DNA of 64,000 nucleotides from Prasinococcaceae sp. CCMP 1430 (Eukaryota; Plantae; Prasinodermophyta). The notes under the pieces are model-generated. The model made no database searches and was not told where the DNA came from. It was given only the letters and a program-made list of their open reading frames with translations. Of this stretch, positions 9,763 through 20,950 are shown in pieces (the stretch's first letter is position 1; every line of letters starts with the position of its first letter). The position numbers were made by a program, and so were the translations under genes. The stretch lies in NCBI GenBank assembly GCA_013416795.1, contig RQSC01000002.1:59442-123441 (forward strand). Reading direction: 5' to 3'.

Positions 9763-12334
9763 GCCCTCCAGGCGCATGCTTCCGACTTGAGCCGGCCGGC
9801 GTGAGTGCCTGAGCACGCGCGCGCGGTCCACGCTACAAACGCAGTGGCCACTCTACGATGCTGAGTTCCCTCCGCAGTCCTCACGACATGAAGTCGGGAC
9901 TTCTACGACACTGCGATACTGCTGCACTCTCAATTACAACCTACACAACGTTTTCAACTCCAACGTGAGTTTTACGTGACGATGCTGGGGGCGCCCCCAC
10001 TACCTGCACGGGCGCAGACAGGCCCGCGCGCTTGCGCGTGTGTCCGCCGCCTGGCATGCCGTTGCTGCCGCGTGCGCGAGCCAGCGGCGCCGCCTGTGTG
10101 CGCGCGTGGCACCGCCTCGCGTCGGCGGCGCCTGCCTCTTTCAAACAATTTCGTCATCACTTTCAGTTCAGTTCAGTTCGGTTCACACATTTGAATTTGG
10201 TCGGAAAAATCTGTGCTGCATGCGATCGACGGCCTCTGCTCGGGCGCCACACCACGCGCGCTCTGCGCCGCCCCCGCACGCACGCCCATCCTCCCGTCTA
10301 TCTTTGCCTCCCCCCTGCGCGTCTCCTCCGACGAGGACACGCGCCCCCCACGCGTTGCGCGCGCGCGCGCGCCCTTCTTCTTCCCGAGCAGCACCGCTGC
10401 ACACGCGGACATCGCTGTCGCAGCGTACGAGCGCGCCAGGGCAGGCCTTCCAGTTGGGCCGCGCGTCCTGCCGCGGCAGAGGTCTCGTTCGTCTCTACCC
10501 GGCGTAGCCGCCGCAGGTGCCGCAGCAGTTGACGCGGTTCTTTGCCCTCGCCCACCCACACAACAAGCTGCGCGAGTCGCGCGCGGTGCCGCGACGCCTG
10601 CGCTGCGGTCATCCGCGGGTGTTGAGGTGCACACAAGCAGCGTCGCGTGTCTTACCTGCGCACGCGCCGTAACGCTGTCAAAGCTGTGGCGCGCCCGCCT
10701 CGGCGATGGCGCCGCGCCGGCGCGCGCCCACGCCATCGCTCGAGCCCGACGCCCGACCTCGGCGCAGCCCCCTTCCCTGCCCACCACCACCACCACACAC
10801 ACCACCCCACACCACCTCACCCCTCGACCGCCGGCGAGCAACCCCCTACCCCCAACGCCCAACGCCCCGCCCCGAGCGCGCGGCGTGTGGCGCGCGCGCG
10901 CGCACACCCGAGCGCATCATTCGCTCCCGCCGCCGCGCCCGCGAGCGCGCGCTCCCCCATCACCTCCAGCCAGGCTCCCAGCACACCCTGTTCAGCGCGC
11001 GGTTTGTTTGAGGTTTCACCGGGTTGGCTGTGGGTTCAGTTCCGGTCTAATCGGGTTCACTTTTTTTAGTCCGATTCCGGTACAAAAGCGACCGTACGAG
11101 GTCCTCATCAGCCAGCCAGTGCCGAGCCAGGGTGCTGTGCAGTGTTTTTTTTCTGCGTCGACCGGCCACCAATCTCGGGTCGTCGGCGGGGTCCGCGCGC
11201 GCGCCTGCCGCAGCCGCGCGTCGCCCGAGGGGTCGTCCGGACGGGTGTTCGCGCAGCTATCTCGCGGCGGCGCCGCCCCCGCCCAACCCCGCCCGCTCGC
11301 CGCCGCCGCGGCTCCCTCCCCTCGCACTCTGCTGGAAGCTCCATCAAAGCTCATGTGAAAAAGTGATTGAAAACTCGGAATTGTTTGGGTGAAATTGCGG
11401 GCGAAATTGCGGCGCCGCGCATCCGAATTGATATGAGATCCAGCGAGCCACCGGGAAAAAACGCGCGCTTTTAGTAGTTTTTTGCGCGCGCGCGGCGGCG
11501 GCGGGGTCCCACCGCCGCACACACGCTTCGGCGTGGGGCTCAGTCGCCCCTGCCTTTCAGGCAACCCAAAGCCGTATTTGGGGTCCGTGTAGATTTTAGA
11601 AGCCGTAATTTAAGCTCATAACACCAATACTGAGTGTTGTTATCACGGAATAAATCTATTTCATTCCGGTAATGTGATCGTAGGGTTCTGCGACCCGCGG
11701 CCGGGTCTGCGGTTTCGGGATTGCGCCCGCGCGCGCCGTGGGCCCGAACGCGCGCGAAATTCCGCGTTCGGCCGAGTTTCGCGCTGTTTTCCGTGCGCGC
11801 GCTCCGCCGCGGTCCCTCTTTTTTTTTTTTTGCGGTGCGGCGCGGCGCGTTTTCGCCGCTCCGACCGGCGGGGCGTGGGGTCAATCAAAGCGCGCGCCTC
11901 TCTCTCGCGGGCGGGCGGCCGCGCCGCGCGTTCGTTCCGCGAAAAGCGCGCGGCGGGAAAAAAAAAAAACGGGAGCGCGGAACGCGAAGGGGCCCTCGGC
12001 GCGCGGCGCGTCGATGAATCGGAACGCCGGCCGAGCTCAGCCACTCGCTTTTCAGGTCTTATCGGGAAAGAGGGTTTGTATTCTTGCAGGGAATGAGTGT
12101 GTTTTGATGGGGTGAGGCGCGGTGGGAGGAGGTTGGGGTTCGCCGCGCGCGCGCGCGCGCGCCGGGCGGGAAGCCGCCTTCGCGAGGGCTCGCGCGCGCG
12201 CGCGAGTGGTGGAGGTGCCGAGGGGGGTGGTAGGGAGGGGGGTTCTGCGGCGCCACAGCGCGCGCGGGGTGTGGCGGTGTGCCCGCCTGCCACCGACTTG
12301 CCGGCTCTGCCTGCGGGGCGGTATCGCGGGGGCG

Positions 12335-14933
12335 ATGGCGTGCACGGCCGCGGCCGCGTCGCCGCGGCGCGCGGCCGCGCGCTCGGTGCTGCAGCGGGCG
12401 GACGCCGACACCGAGCGCGAGCGCTTCCCGGGCAAGTTCGTCGGCGAGGCGCCGCCCGAGGACCTGCCGCGCCACCTGCAGGAGCGTGGGCGCATCAACA
12501 CGCCGTGGGATGCCGCCAAGGTGGAACTCGCGGAGAGGTTCGGCGCCTCGCCCGAGGCGCTCAAAAAGGCGGGCACCATCTCCGATGAGGAGATGACCAA
12601 GGCCTACACCATGATGCAGGTGCGCAGCCGCGCGACGGCGCGGAGCAGCGGAGGGCGCGAGGACGACCGAGCGCGGCGGAGCTCGGAGCGATGCGCGAGG
12701 CCGAAATCGACGCCACAGTTGGCGCCGGCCAGCCCAGGGCGCGCGCTCTCGCTTGTGCCGCGCGGCCGCCGCGAGCGTGCGCGCTGACTCCCCCTCCCTC
12801 CCCGGCGCTTGGCCCGTGCTGTCGCAGATTTGCCGCGAGTTCGAGAATGAGTGCGGCCAGGCGTACATGCAGGGCAAGATCCGCGGCTTCATGCACCTCG
12901 ACAACGGCCAGGAGTCCATTCCCGCACTGCTCGCCGATTCGATCCGCAAGGACGACCTCAAGCACTCGTACTACCGCGATCACTGCCACGCGATCGCCTC
13001 GGGCGTGGACCCGGGCGCGGTGATGGCCGAGCTGTACGGCAAGGATGATGGCACGTGCCGCGGCACGGGCGGTAGCATGCACATCTACGATCAGGCCACC
13101 AACTTCCAGGGCGGCTGGGCGCTCGTCGCCGAGCAGCTGCCATACGCCGTGGGCGCCGCGCGCTCCATCCACATGGACCGCAACCTTGGCTACCCGGGCA
13201 AGCAGCACCGCCTGCACCAGTTCGACAAGATGGAGAAGGATGACCGCATCTGCGTGGTCTTCGTGGGTGAGGGCGGCGCTCAGAACGGCCGCATGGCCGA
13301 GTGCCTCAACGCGGCGGCCAAGGAGAACCTGCCGATTCTCTTCCTGGTCATCGACAACGGGCGCGCCATCAACACCTTCACTCAGGACGTGGCGACCAAC
13401 CAGGCTGTGTACCGCATGGGCGAGCACTATGGTGTCCCGGGCGCGCTGGTGGACGGCCAGAGCATGGAGGACACGCTCAAGGTGGGCCGCGTGGTCATCG
13501 ACCACGTGCGCAACAAGGGCCCGGCCATTCTGCAGGTGCACACCTTCCGCTTCAACGGCCACTCGCCCGCCGACCCCGAGCACGAGCGCAACCGCAAGGA
13601 CGAGAAGCGCTGGGCGCGTAAGGAGGCCGACCCCATCAAGATTTTCAAGGCGAGCGAGGCCGCCGCGCGCATCAATGTCGAGGAGTGCGACGCCGAGGCC
13701 GCGAAGATTGCCAAGGCCGCCGTCGAGTTCGCCGACGCGTCGCCCGACCCGCCGGCGACGCTCGCGCGCGACCTCGAGTACCCCGACCCGGTGACCACCG
13801 ACTACGCCGCGCGCGAGCCTGTCAACGGCCTGGCGACCGCCGAGTCGCTCACCACGCGTGCCAACCCCGCACACGCGCTCGACGCCTTGCGTGCGACCAT
13901 CGACCAGCTGCGCGCGCAGGCGGCGGACAAGGGGCCCAAGGGCGGCCTGTCGATCGGCGACGCCGTCAACCTGGCCATCCTCGAGGAGATGCTGCGCGAC
14001 CCGACGACCACCATCCACGCAGAGGACCTCCAGGCCGGCTCGTCGTACAACGTGCCCGCGCACACGCAGCAGGCCTTCGGCCGCATCCGCGCGTGCGATG
14101 AGATCATCGACGAGGGTCACTTCATCGGCAAAGCCATCGGCGAGGCGATGAACGGCTACCGGCCCATCGTGGAGATGATGAACATGAACTTCGCCATCTA
14201 CGGCATGGCGGAGCTCTCGTCTGCGGGAAACACGTACGCGACCACCGGCGGCCAGTTCCTCATGCCGTTCACCATGATCGGCGCGGGCGGCACGGCCCCC
14301 AACCAGTCGCTGGGCGCAGAGCACTCGCAGCCGTTCCACGCGTACATCATGGGCATCCCTGGCCTGAAGATCGTGACGGCGGCGAGCCCCGACGCGGCCT
14401 ATGGCTTGGTGAAGAGCGCCATTCGCGACAACGGTCCCTGCGTGGTGCTGCTGCCCGTCAAGATGATGAAGATCAAGGGTGAATGCGACGTCGACGTCTT
14501 CTACCCGCTGCACAAGGCGCGCTACCTGCTGCGGGGTTCTGACGCCGCGATCGCCGCTGGCAAGGGTGTGACGCTGCTCACGTACCTCCACGGTGTTAAG
14601 GAGGCGCGCAACGCCGTGGCCGAGCTCGGCGATGATGGGGCCGGCGTCGATCTCATCGAACTGACCAGCCTCAAGCCGCTCGATATGGATACCATCCGTG
14701 AGTCGCTCTCGCGCACGCACCGTTTGGTCATCCTCGACGAGTCGACGCGCTCTGGCGGTGTGGGCGCGACCATCTCCGCGCGCGTCTCGGAGGAGTGCTT
14801 CGACGAGCTCGACGCACCGGTCATGCGGCTGTGCATGGAGGACGCGCCGGTGCCGTACTCGACGGCCATTGAGAAGACCGTGGTCAAGCGTGGCTCGGAC
14901 GTCGTGGAGGGCATTCGGAGCCTGTTCCAGTAG
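12335..14933 (+). CDS. Pyruvate dehydrogenase E1 with alpha and beta subunits fused; probably organelle (plastid)-targeted
   Basis: Exons 12335-12619 and 12828-14933. Alpha motifs: GKIRGFMHLDNGQE, YYRDH, CRGTGGSMH, GEGGAQNG...IDN, RFNGHSPADP. Beta motifs follow in the same frame: AEDL, IDEGHFIG..GYRPIVE, AEHSQ, LKPLD. The N-terminus is Ala/Arg/Ser-rich. Confidence 0.92.
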
Positions 14934-15111
14934 CTCTAGAAGAAAGCACACCCCATGGTCGCGCAATTCGCGACGTGCGGTTCGGTTTAGTAGAGCGCGC
15001 GGAAGCTTGGCAAAGTGGACATTTATATAACCATTTACGCACGGTGCACCAACGGCCGCCGCGGCCCTCCATATCTCAGGCATGAGCGCGGGCATCGCCA
15101 TCATTAGAATG

Positions 15112-16200
15112 TCACCCCACCTTGGCCAGCTTGCGAGCTAGTCTCGTGTGGCCGATGGTCTTGTCCGATACGCGGTCCGCTGGCGCAATCTCTTCCTCCC
15201 CCACCCACACCAGCAAGTACAGCGCCACCAGCAGCACGCCCGCGACCAGCACGGCCGCGCGGTAGGCTATCCAGCGCCCTGCAGTGCCCTTGCAACGCTG
15301 GGCAGCATGTAAAAGGCCCGCGGGCGATAGTGGATGCACCGCCTTCACGTCGATGTCCGTGATGGACTGCAGGCCATTTGGCACGGTCGGCGACGACGAC
15401 GAAGGCACCGACGAGCTGGGGCCGGGGCCGTCGTCTTTGAGAACGCCCATCTCCGCTCGGGTGCTGTCAGCGCCACGAGTGGCACTCTCTTTGGGCATGG
15501 GCGGGAAAAGCTTGCGCTCGAGCGCGATCAACAGGTCCGAAGCGGCGGTCTTGACGCCAGCAGAGCGCGAGCGCTGCGAGCGCGCTGCGGCCATGCGACG
15601 TGAGCGCTCCGCCTCGAGACGCCCCCGCTCCGCGCGGTCCGCGTGCTCACGTCGGCGCACCTCCTCGCGCGTTCGCTCGCCTTCTGTCCATGTCTCGAGC
15701 GCGGCGAGTGCCTGGCGCTCAGAAGCGGACGCGCTGTCGGGCTTGGGTTGCTGCTGCTGCTGCTGCTGCTGCTGTGTCTCGTCCTCAACCTGCTGTTGTC
15801 GGTCCGCTGCCCCCTCATTTTCATCCCCCTGCTGCTGCTGCCGCCACGCGGCCCCGCCTGTAGGACCCACACCGCCCTCGTCGCCCCCGTCTCCGGCGCT
15901 GGCGCCGTCGAGCATCCAGTCGAGCCCGCGGTCATACCTTTCGCGCGCGCGCTCCTCCTCGCGCCGCCGCTCGGCCTCGCGCTCGGCCGCTCGCGCCTCG
16001 CGCTCGCGCCTCTCGCGCTCCTCCCCCTCGCGGCCCACCGACAGCAGCAGCGCGCTCGGATCGAGCATCTCCGCAGCGGGGGTCCCCTCCGCGGCTGTGG
16101 CGTGGAGGGCGGAGCCGTGGCCGGGGCGCCGCCGCCCTGCACCCACCGCTGCGGCCGCGCCCTGTGGCGCACCGCGCAGCGCGGCGCGCGCAACATACAT
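15112..16200 (-). CDS. Hypothetical protein with charged/coiled-coil segments, poly-Q and a C-terminal transmembrane helix
   Basis: Long ORF starting MYVARAAL, with hydrophobic AAVLVAGVLLVALYLLVWV near the C-terminus. No family recognised. Confidence 0.55.
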   Translation of the reverse strand: MYVARAALRGAPQGAAAAVGAGRRRPGHGSALHATAAEGTPAAEMLDPSALLLSVGREGEERERREREARAAEREAERRREEERARERYDRGLDWMLDGASAGDGGDEGGVGPTGGAAWRQQQQGDENEGAADRQQQVEDETQQQQQQQQQPKPDSASASERQALAALETWTEGERTREEVRRREHADRAERGRLEAERSRRMAAARSQRSRSAGVKTAASDLLIALERKLFPPMPKESATRGADSTRAEMGVLKDDGPGPSSSVPSSSSPTVPNGLQSITDIDVKAVHPLSPAGLLHAAQRCKGTAGRWIAYRAAVLVAGVLLVALYLLVWVGEEEIAPADRVSDKTIGHTRLARKLAKVG

Positions 16201-16788
16201 CCGCCGCCGCTCGCCCACTTTTTTTCCACCTTTGGGTTGCAATTGGCGTCAGGGGCCAGAGTACCAACAGAGGTCATCGCAATTTTCGTGTCCCCTTCCC
16301 AGGCCCAATTGGCGCCCGCCTGCTGTGGCCTTCACCACTCGCGTCCTTGCTTCCTTTCGGCGGACGAGTGATTGGGATTTATTGTAGGGTTTATTCATGT
16401 GTTTTGCACTGTACATGTACATGAGTGCGGTGCGGGGCGTTCTCACACTCCTGACCTGATTTTGAATGCGCGGCGGCCCGCGCGGCGAGGCCGGGCCCGC
16501 GCGCACTATGGAATCCCTACTAAGGAATCCTTGAATGTTTATGTGCAATGGAATCCATATAAGTATTAAGAGATATATGGTATGTGTGTGGGGATACGCG
16601 CGCGGCGAGGCGCGCGCTCGCGCCGCTTTCCGAGTGCTTGACCGGCGCGACGCCGACGCTCTCGGGGCGCGCGTGCGCTCGCGCCCCTGTGCCCGCGCCG
16701 GCGCGGCGCGGCGTGGGACGAGGGCCCGGGGGGCAGGGGGGGGGGAAGGGCCGCGCCGCGCCGCACCGCCGAGGCGGCGGCGGTAGCC

Positions 16789-18057
16789 ATGAGCTACCGC
16801 GAGCTTCGCAACTTCAGCGAGACGATGCGGAGCTTGGGCTACCCGCGGCCGGTGTCGGTGGAGTCCTTCCGCTCCCCGAACTTCGAGCTTGCAGCCGACT
16901 GCCTGAGCTGGCTCGTCGAGCGCTACGAGCCGGGCGAAAGCGTGCCAGAGGACCTTGCGACGGTCAAGGACCGCGTGTACTTCCTGCGGCGCTGTGCGGA
17001 GATCATGCTCAGCCGCGCGCGCATCAAGCTCAATCTCAAGCGGCTGTACCAGGCGGACGGCTTCGCGGTGCGTGAGTTGCTTAAGATCGCCTCGGTGCTC
17101 TACAAAGCGAGTATGGCAGATGCGCTCCACGAGGACGGCGCCGGCGGTGACGTCGGCGGCGAGCTTGGCGACGGCGCGATGGCGGCGGGCGACAGCACCG
17201 AAGTCAACCTCGGCGCGGCGGCCAACGTGGACGTGTCGGTCGCGCGTGCGCTCGCCTCTGAAATTACGCAGCTGGGCGTCTCGCTCTTCGACTCACTCGA
17301 GCGCGAGGGCGAGATCCGCGCCGAGCGCGAGCGCGCGGTCTCGCGCAACACCAACATGGGCGCAATCGAGCGGTCGGTGAAGGAGGCCATCGCTGCAGTG
17401 CGCGAGCAGACGACGTCGCTGGAGGGCCTGCAGGGCGGGCTGACCAAGGACGAGTCGACGCTCGAGAGCAAGATCGTGAAGCGGCGCGGCGAGCTCGAGC
17501 GCTCGGAGAAGCGCCTGGGCACGCTGCAGGCCGTTCGGCCGGCGTACATGGACGAGCTCGAGCGGCTGCAGGCTGAGCTGCAGAACCTCTACGTGGTGTA
17601 CCTCGAGCGCTTCCGCAATTTGGAGTACCTCGAGGCCGCCGTGGAGAAGCATCAGGTCGCCGAGCAGCAGAAGGCTGAAAGAAGTGAGCAGAAGCTGCGC
17701 AAGATGCAGCGCCGCCTCGAAAACGAAGAAATGGCCATCCTGCGCGGCCTCTCCGAACTCGACGAGGAGCAGCTCGACCGCAGCATGTTGGACGATGAGG
17801 ACGAGGATGACTTCGACGACCAGTACTCGAGCGCGCCCGGCAGCCGGGCGGCGTCGCGCGGCGTGGGTGGCCGCACGGGCATGCTCTCACCGGGACGTGG
17901 GGGTAGCGGGGGTCGCATGCAGGGCACGCTCGACACCACGGAGCTGGACGACAGCGACGAGAGCTCGGTCGAGATTGACGATAGCAGTGAGGACGAGCAT
18001 GTGGAGCTCGCTGGCGCGGAGGACGACTCTGGAGATCCGCTCATCGGTACGGCATAG
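16789..18057 (+). CDS. CLUAP1: Clusterin-associated protein 1 / IFT38 (intraflagellar transport complex B)
   Basis: N-terminus MSYRELRNFSETMRSLGYPRPVSVESFRSPNFEL; KLNLKRLYQADGFAVRELLKIA; RPAYMDE...YLERFRNLEYLE; acidic tail. Confidence 0.93.
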   Translation: MSYRELRNFSETMRSLGYPRPVSVESFRSPNFELAADCLSWLVERYEPGESVPEDLATVKDRVYFLRRCAEIMLSRARIKLNLKRLYQADGFAVRELLKIASVLYKASMADALHEDGAGGDVGGELGDGAMAAGDSTEVNLGAAANVDVSVARALASEITQLGVSLFDSLEREGEIRAERERAVSRNTNMGAIERSVKEAIAAVREQTTSLEGLQGGLTKDESTLESKIVKRRGELERSEKRLGTLQAVRPAYMDELERLQAELQNLYVVYLERFRNLEYLEAAVEKHQVAEQQKAERSEQKLRKMQRRLENEEMAILRGLSELDEEQLDRSMLDDEDEDDFDDQYSSAPGSRAASRGVGGRTGMLSPGRGGSGGRMQGTLDTTELDDSDESSVEIDDSSEDEHVELAGAEDDSGDPLIGTA

Positions 18058-18479
18058 CTAGCGCGAGAGCGAGCGCCCCACAGCGAGCGCCCCACAGTTG
18101 GCTTTTGTGGCGCGTGCGCCAGGACACGTGCGGAGTGCTGACGCGCGCCTCCCGCGTTGCGCTCTTGGGGCCCGCTGGAACAGACGAGGACGACGGGGGC
18201 GGCAGCCAGTTCGATAGCGATGACAGCTTCTGATCGCTTTTGCGCGTGCGCTGGAGGGCGCATGCACAATCAAGTTGTAAATCTACCTACACACACGACG
18301 CGCGTCTTCCGTTCGAGCAATCGCGACGGCGAACAACGCGTGTCGACACGCGTTTGTTGCGCGCCCGCCGTCATGAGGCCACGCCGACACGCATCCTTTG
18401 TGGTCAACTCTACAATGTTAGGGACGCGGCGCTCCGCGCCTACGCGCCGCAGCTCGCCTCGTGCCCCGCGCCATGGCAC

Positions 18480-19732
18480 TCAGTGCTCTTCGGAGGCCGG
18501 CGCACCCTCGCCGCCCTGCCGCAGCACGGCATTGATGGCCTCCAGGCTCTTCGCGGAGGCGCCGTCCAGCTCCTTCTGTCGCCGCGCGAAGTCGTGCTCC
18601 AGGGAGGCGCCCACATTGGAATTGCGCGCCGAAAGCCCACGCGGTGGCAGCGTGCGCCCCGCCTTGCCCGCTTTGCCTACCTTGCCCACCTTGTCCGTGG
18701 CACCGAGCTCACACGAGCGCTCGAGTAGCGGTATGAGCTTGTCGGCCGCTTGCACCACCGCGCTGGTGTCCTCCTGCAGCTGCGCGAAATTCTCCTTGCC
18801 GGCTCCCGCAACCGCGTGCAGCGATGCCCCCTTGTCGGCATAAGCCGCCAGCTCCGCCTCGACGCGCTCTGCCTTGCGCTGCTTGGCGGCGCACGCGCCG
18901 TGCACGGCTGCGATGCGCTGGCGCAGCGTCGCGAGCTCCGCCTGGAGCTCGGCCTCGCTCTGCGCGCTGTAAACCTCCCTCTTCGCCCCCTCGCCTTCCC
19001 CCGACCCGCTCGCCGCCGCTGCGTCGCCACCCTCCGCCTCTGTCACGCTGGGAGGGAGCGAGAAGCACTCACTGACGGCGGCGCGCTCGAATCCCGCGAG
19101 GCTCTCGTGTGCGGCCCGCTCGAGCCGGCTGAAGAGCGCGTCCACGCCCAACGCGACCAGCGGAACCTTGTCTGCGGGCAGCTCGCGTTTCAAGCACTCC
19201 TCTAGCGCATCGAAGCCATCCGCGCAGTAGTCCAGAACCTGCAGGTCCGCGAGCGCGCCGCGCCGTGTGTGGGTGGGCGGGTGGGGTGGGATGGGGTGGG
19301 GTGGGGCACGGCCGCGCGCGGGCGGGCGCGCGGGTGGTGTCCCAAGCGCATGGCCGGAATTTTTGGCAGTTTGCAGTTGTGCGGAAATCGTCGCGAGCGC
19401 GCGCGCGCGCGCGCGCGCGCGCGCCACCGGGAAGAGAGCAAGGCAGCCGTCAGCGTACGTTGCGAGCGGCGCAGGCGCGGATGGCAGACATCGGCCTCTT
19501 GCGATCCACGCCACTCCAAGACACGCTCGCGCACGCTCTCGCGCTGCGCACGCCCCTGCGCACGTCCGCACCGCGCGCGCGCGCGCGCCTGCGCATTTTT
19601 TTTTTTCACGAGGCGCGCCCATGCAGGCAGGGGCGCTGCCGCGCTGCGCGCCGCGCGCGGCCAGCCACGCACCGCGTTGGCCGCGTCCGCGCAGAGAGCC
19701 CTGGCGTCGACATCCTTCGAGGCGGTCTGCAT
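18480..19732 (-). CDS. MIS12: Kinetochore protein Mis12-like
   Basis: Exons 19732-19673 and 19238-18480 (phase 0). DAANAVLDYCADGFDALE...GVDAL...FERAAVSECFSLP followed by EAELQAELATLRQRI fits the Mis12 pattern. Confidence 0.65.
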
Positions 19733-19834
19733 GGTCGCACGAGTGACCGCCGCCGCCGTCGCCGCGCGCGCGCGCTCTGGCACGCCACGCCCCCCCGGCC
19801 GCCCTCCCCCCCCCTGCGCGCGCGCGCCAACGCT

Positions 19835-20598
19835 NNNNNNNNNNNNNNNNNNNNNNNNNNNNNNNNNNNNNNNNNNNNNNNNNNNNNNNNNNNNNNNNNN
19901 NNNNNNNNNNNNNNNNNNNNNNNNNNNNNNNNNNNNNNNNNNNNNNNNNNNNNNNNNNNNNNNNNNNNNNNNNNNNNNNNNNNNNNNNNNNNNNNNNNNN
20001 NNNNNNNNNNNNNNNNNNNNNNNNNNNNNNNNNNNNNNNNNNNNNNNNNNNNNNNNNNNNNNNNNNNNNNNNNNNNNNNNNNNNNNNNNNNNNNNNNNNN
20101 NNNNNNNNNNNNNNNNNNNNNNNNNNNNNNNNNNNNNNNNNNNNNNNNNNNNNNNNNNNNNNNNNNNNNNNNNNNNNNNNNNNNNNNNNNNNNNNNNNNN
20201 NNNNNNNNNNNNNNNNNNNNNNNNNNNNNNNNNNNNNNNNNNNNNNNNNNNNNNNNNNNNNNNNNNNNNNNNNNNNNNNNNNNNNNNNNNNNNNNNNNNN
20301 NNNNNNNNNNNNNNNNNNNNNNNNNNNNNNNNNNNNNNNNNNNNNNNNNNNNNNNNNNNNNNNNNNNNNNNNNNNNNNNNNNNNNNNNNNNNNNNNNNNN
20401 NNNNNNNNNNNNNNNNNNNNNNNNNNNNNNNNNNNNNNNNNNNNNNNNNNNNNNNNNNNNNNNNNNNNNNNNNNNNNNNNNNNNNNNNNNNNNNNNNNNN
20501 NNNNNNNNNNNNNNNNNNNNNNNNNNNNNNNNNNNNNNNNNNNNNNNNNNNNNNNNNNNNNNNNNNNNNNNNNNNNNNNNNNNNNNNNNNNNNNNNNN
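19835..20598. other. Assembly gap (N run)
   Basis: Run of N. Confidence 1.
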
Positions 20599-20950
20599 GA
20601 CGGCCGTGGCTCGGCGCCGCCGCGTCCGCGAGCCGTGCACGCGGGCGGAGCGCGCGCGTGCGTGCGCCACGGGCATGCGCGAAGGGGGAGGGGGCAACGT
20701 GAGGGCGAGAGATGCGGAAGCTGTTGGGACCCGCGGCGTGCACCGAGTTTCCTCGATCTGCTGCCCGACACCGCTGCCCTTCCCCGTGCTCGCTTTAGCT
20801 CGCTGCGCCTTTTTTTTCGCGCGCCTTTTGTCTGACGCCGCCTGCCCTCAATGCGCGATGCCACGCTCGCATCCCTCACGCACACGCGCCGCACACGCTC
20901 GCGCACACCGTGCCCGTGCATGCGTTCGGTCACCTCGCGAACCCACGCAG

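Noticed and set aside
10173-11358. Overlapping ORFs on both strands, plus a CAG|GTAAG donor-like site near 10655 (-)
   Set aside because: Low-complexity Arg/Ala/Pro translations with no recognisable domain; I could not build a consistent gene model.
12561-15104. 847-aa antisense ORF (and similar ones opposite SerRS, SF1 and ABCC)
   Set aside because: Shadow ORFs caused by high GC3 codon bias of the real gene on the other strand.
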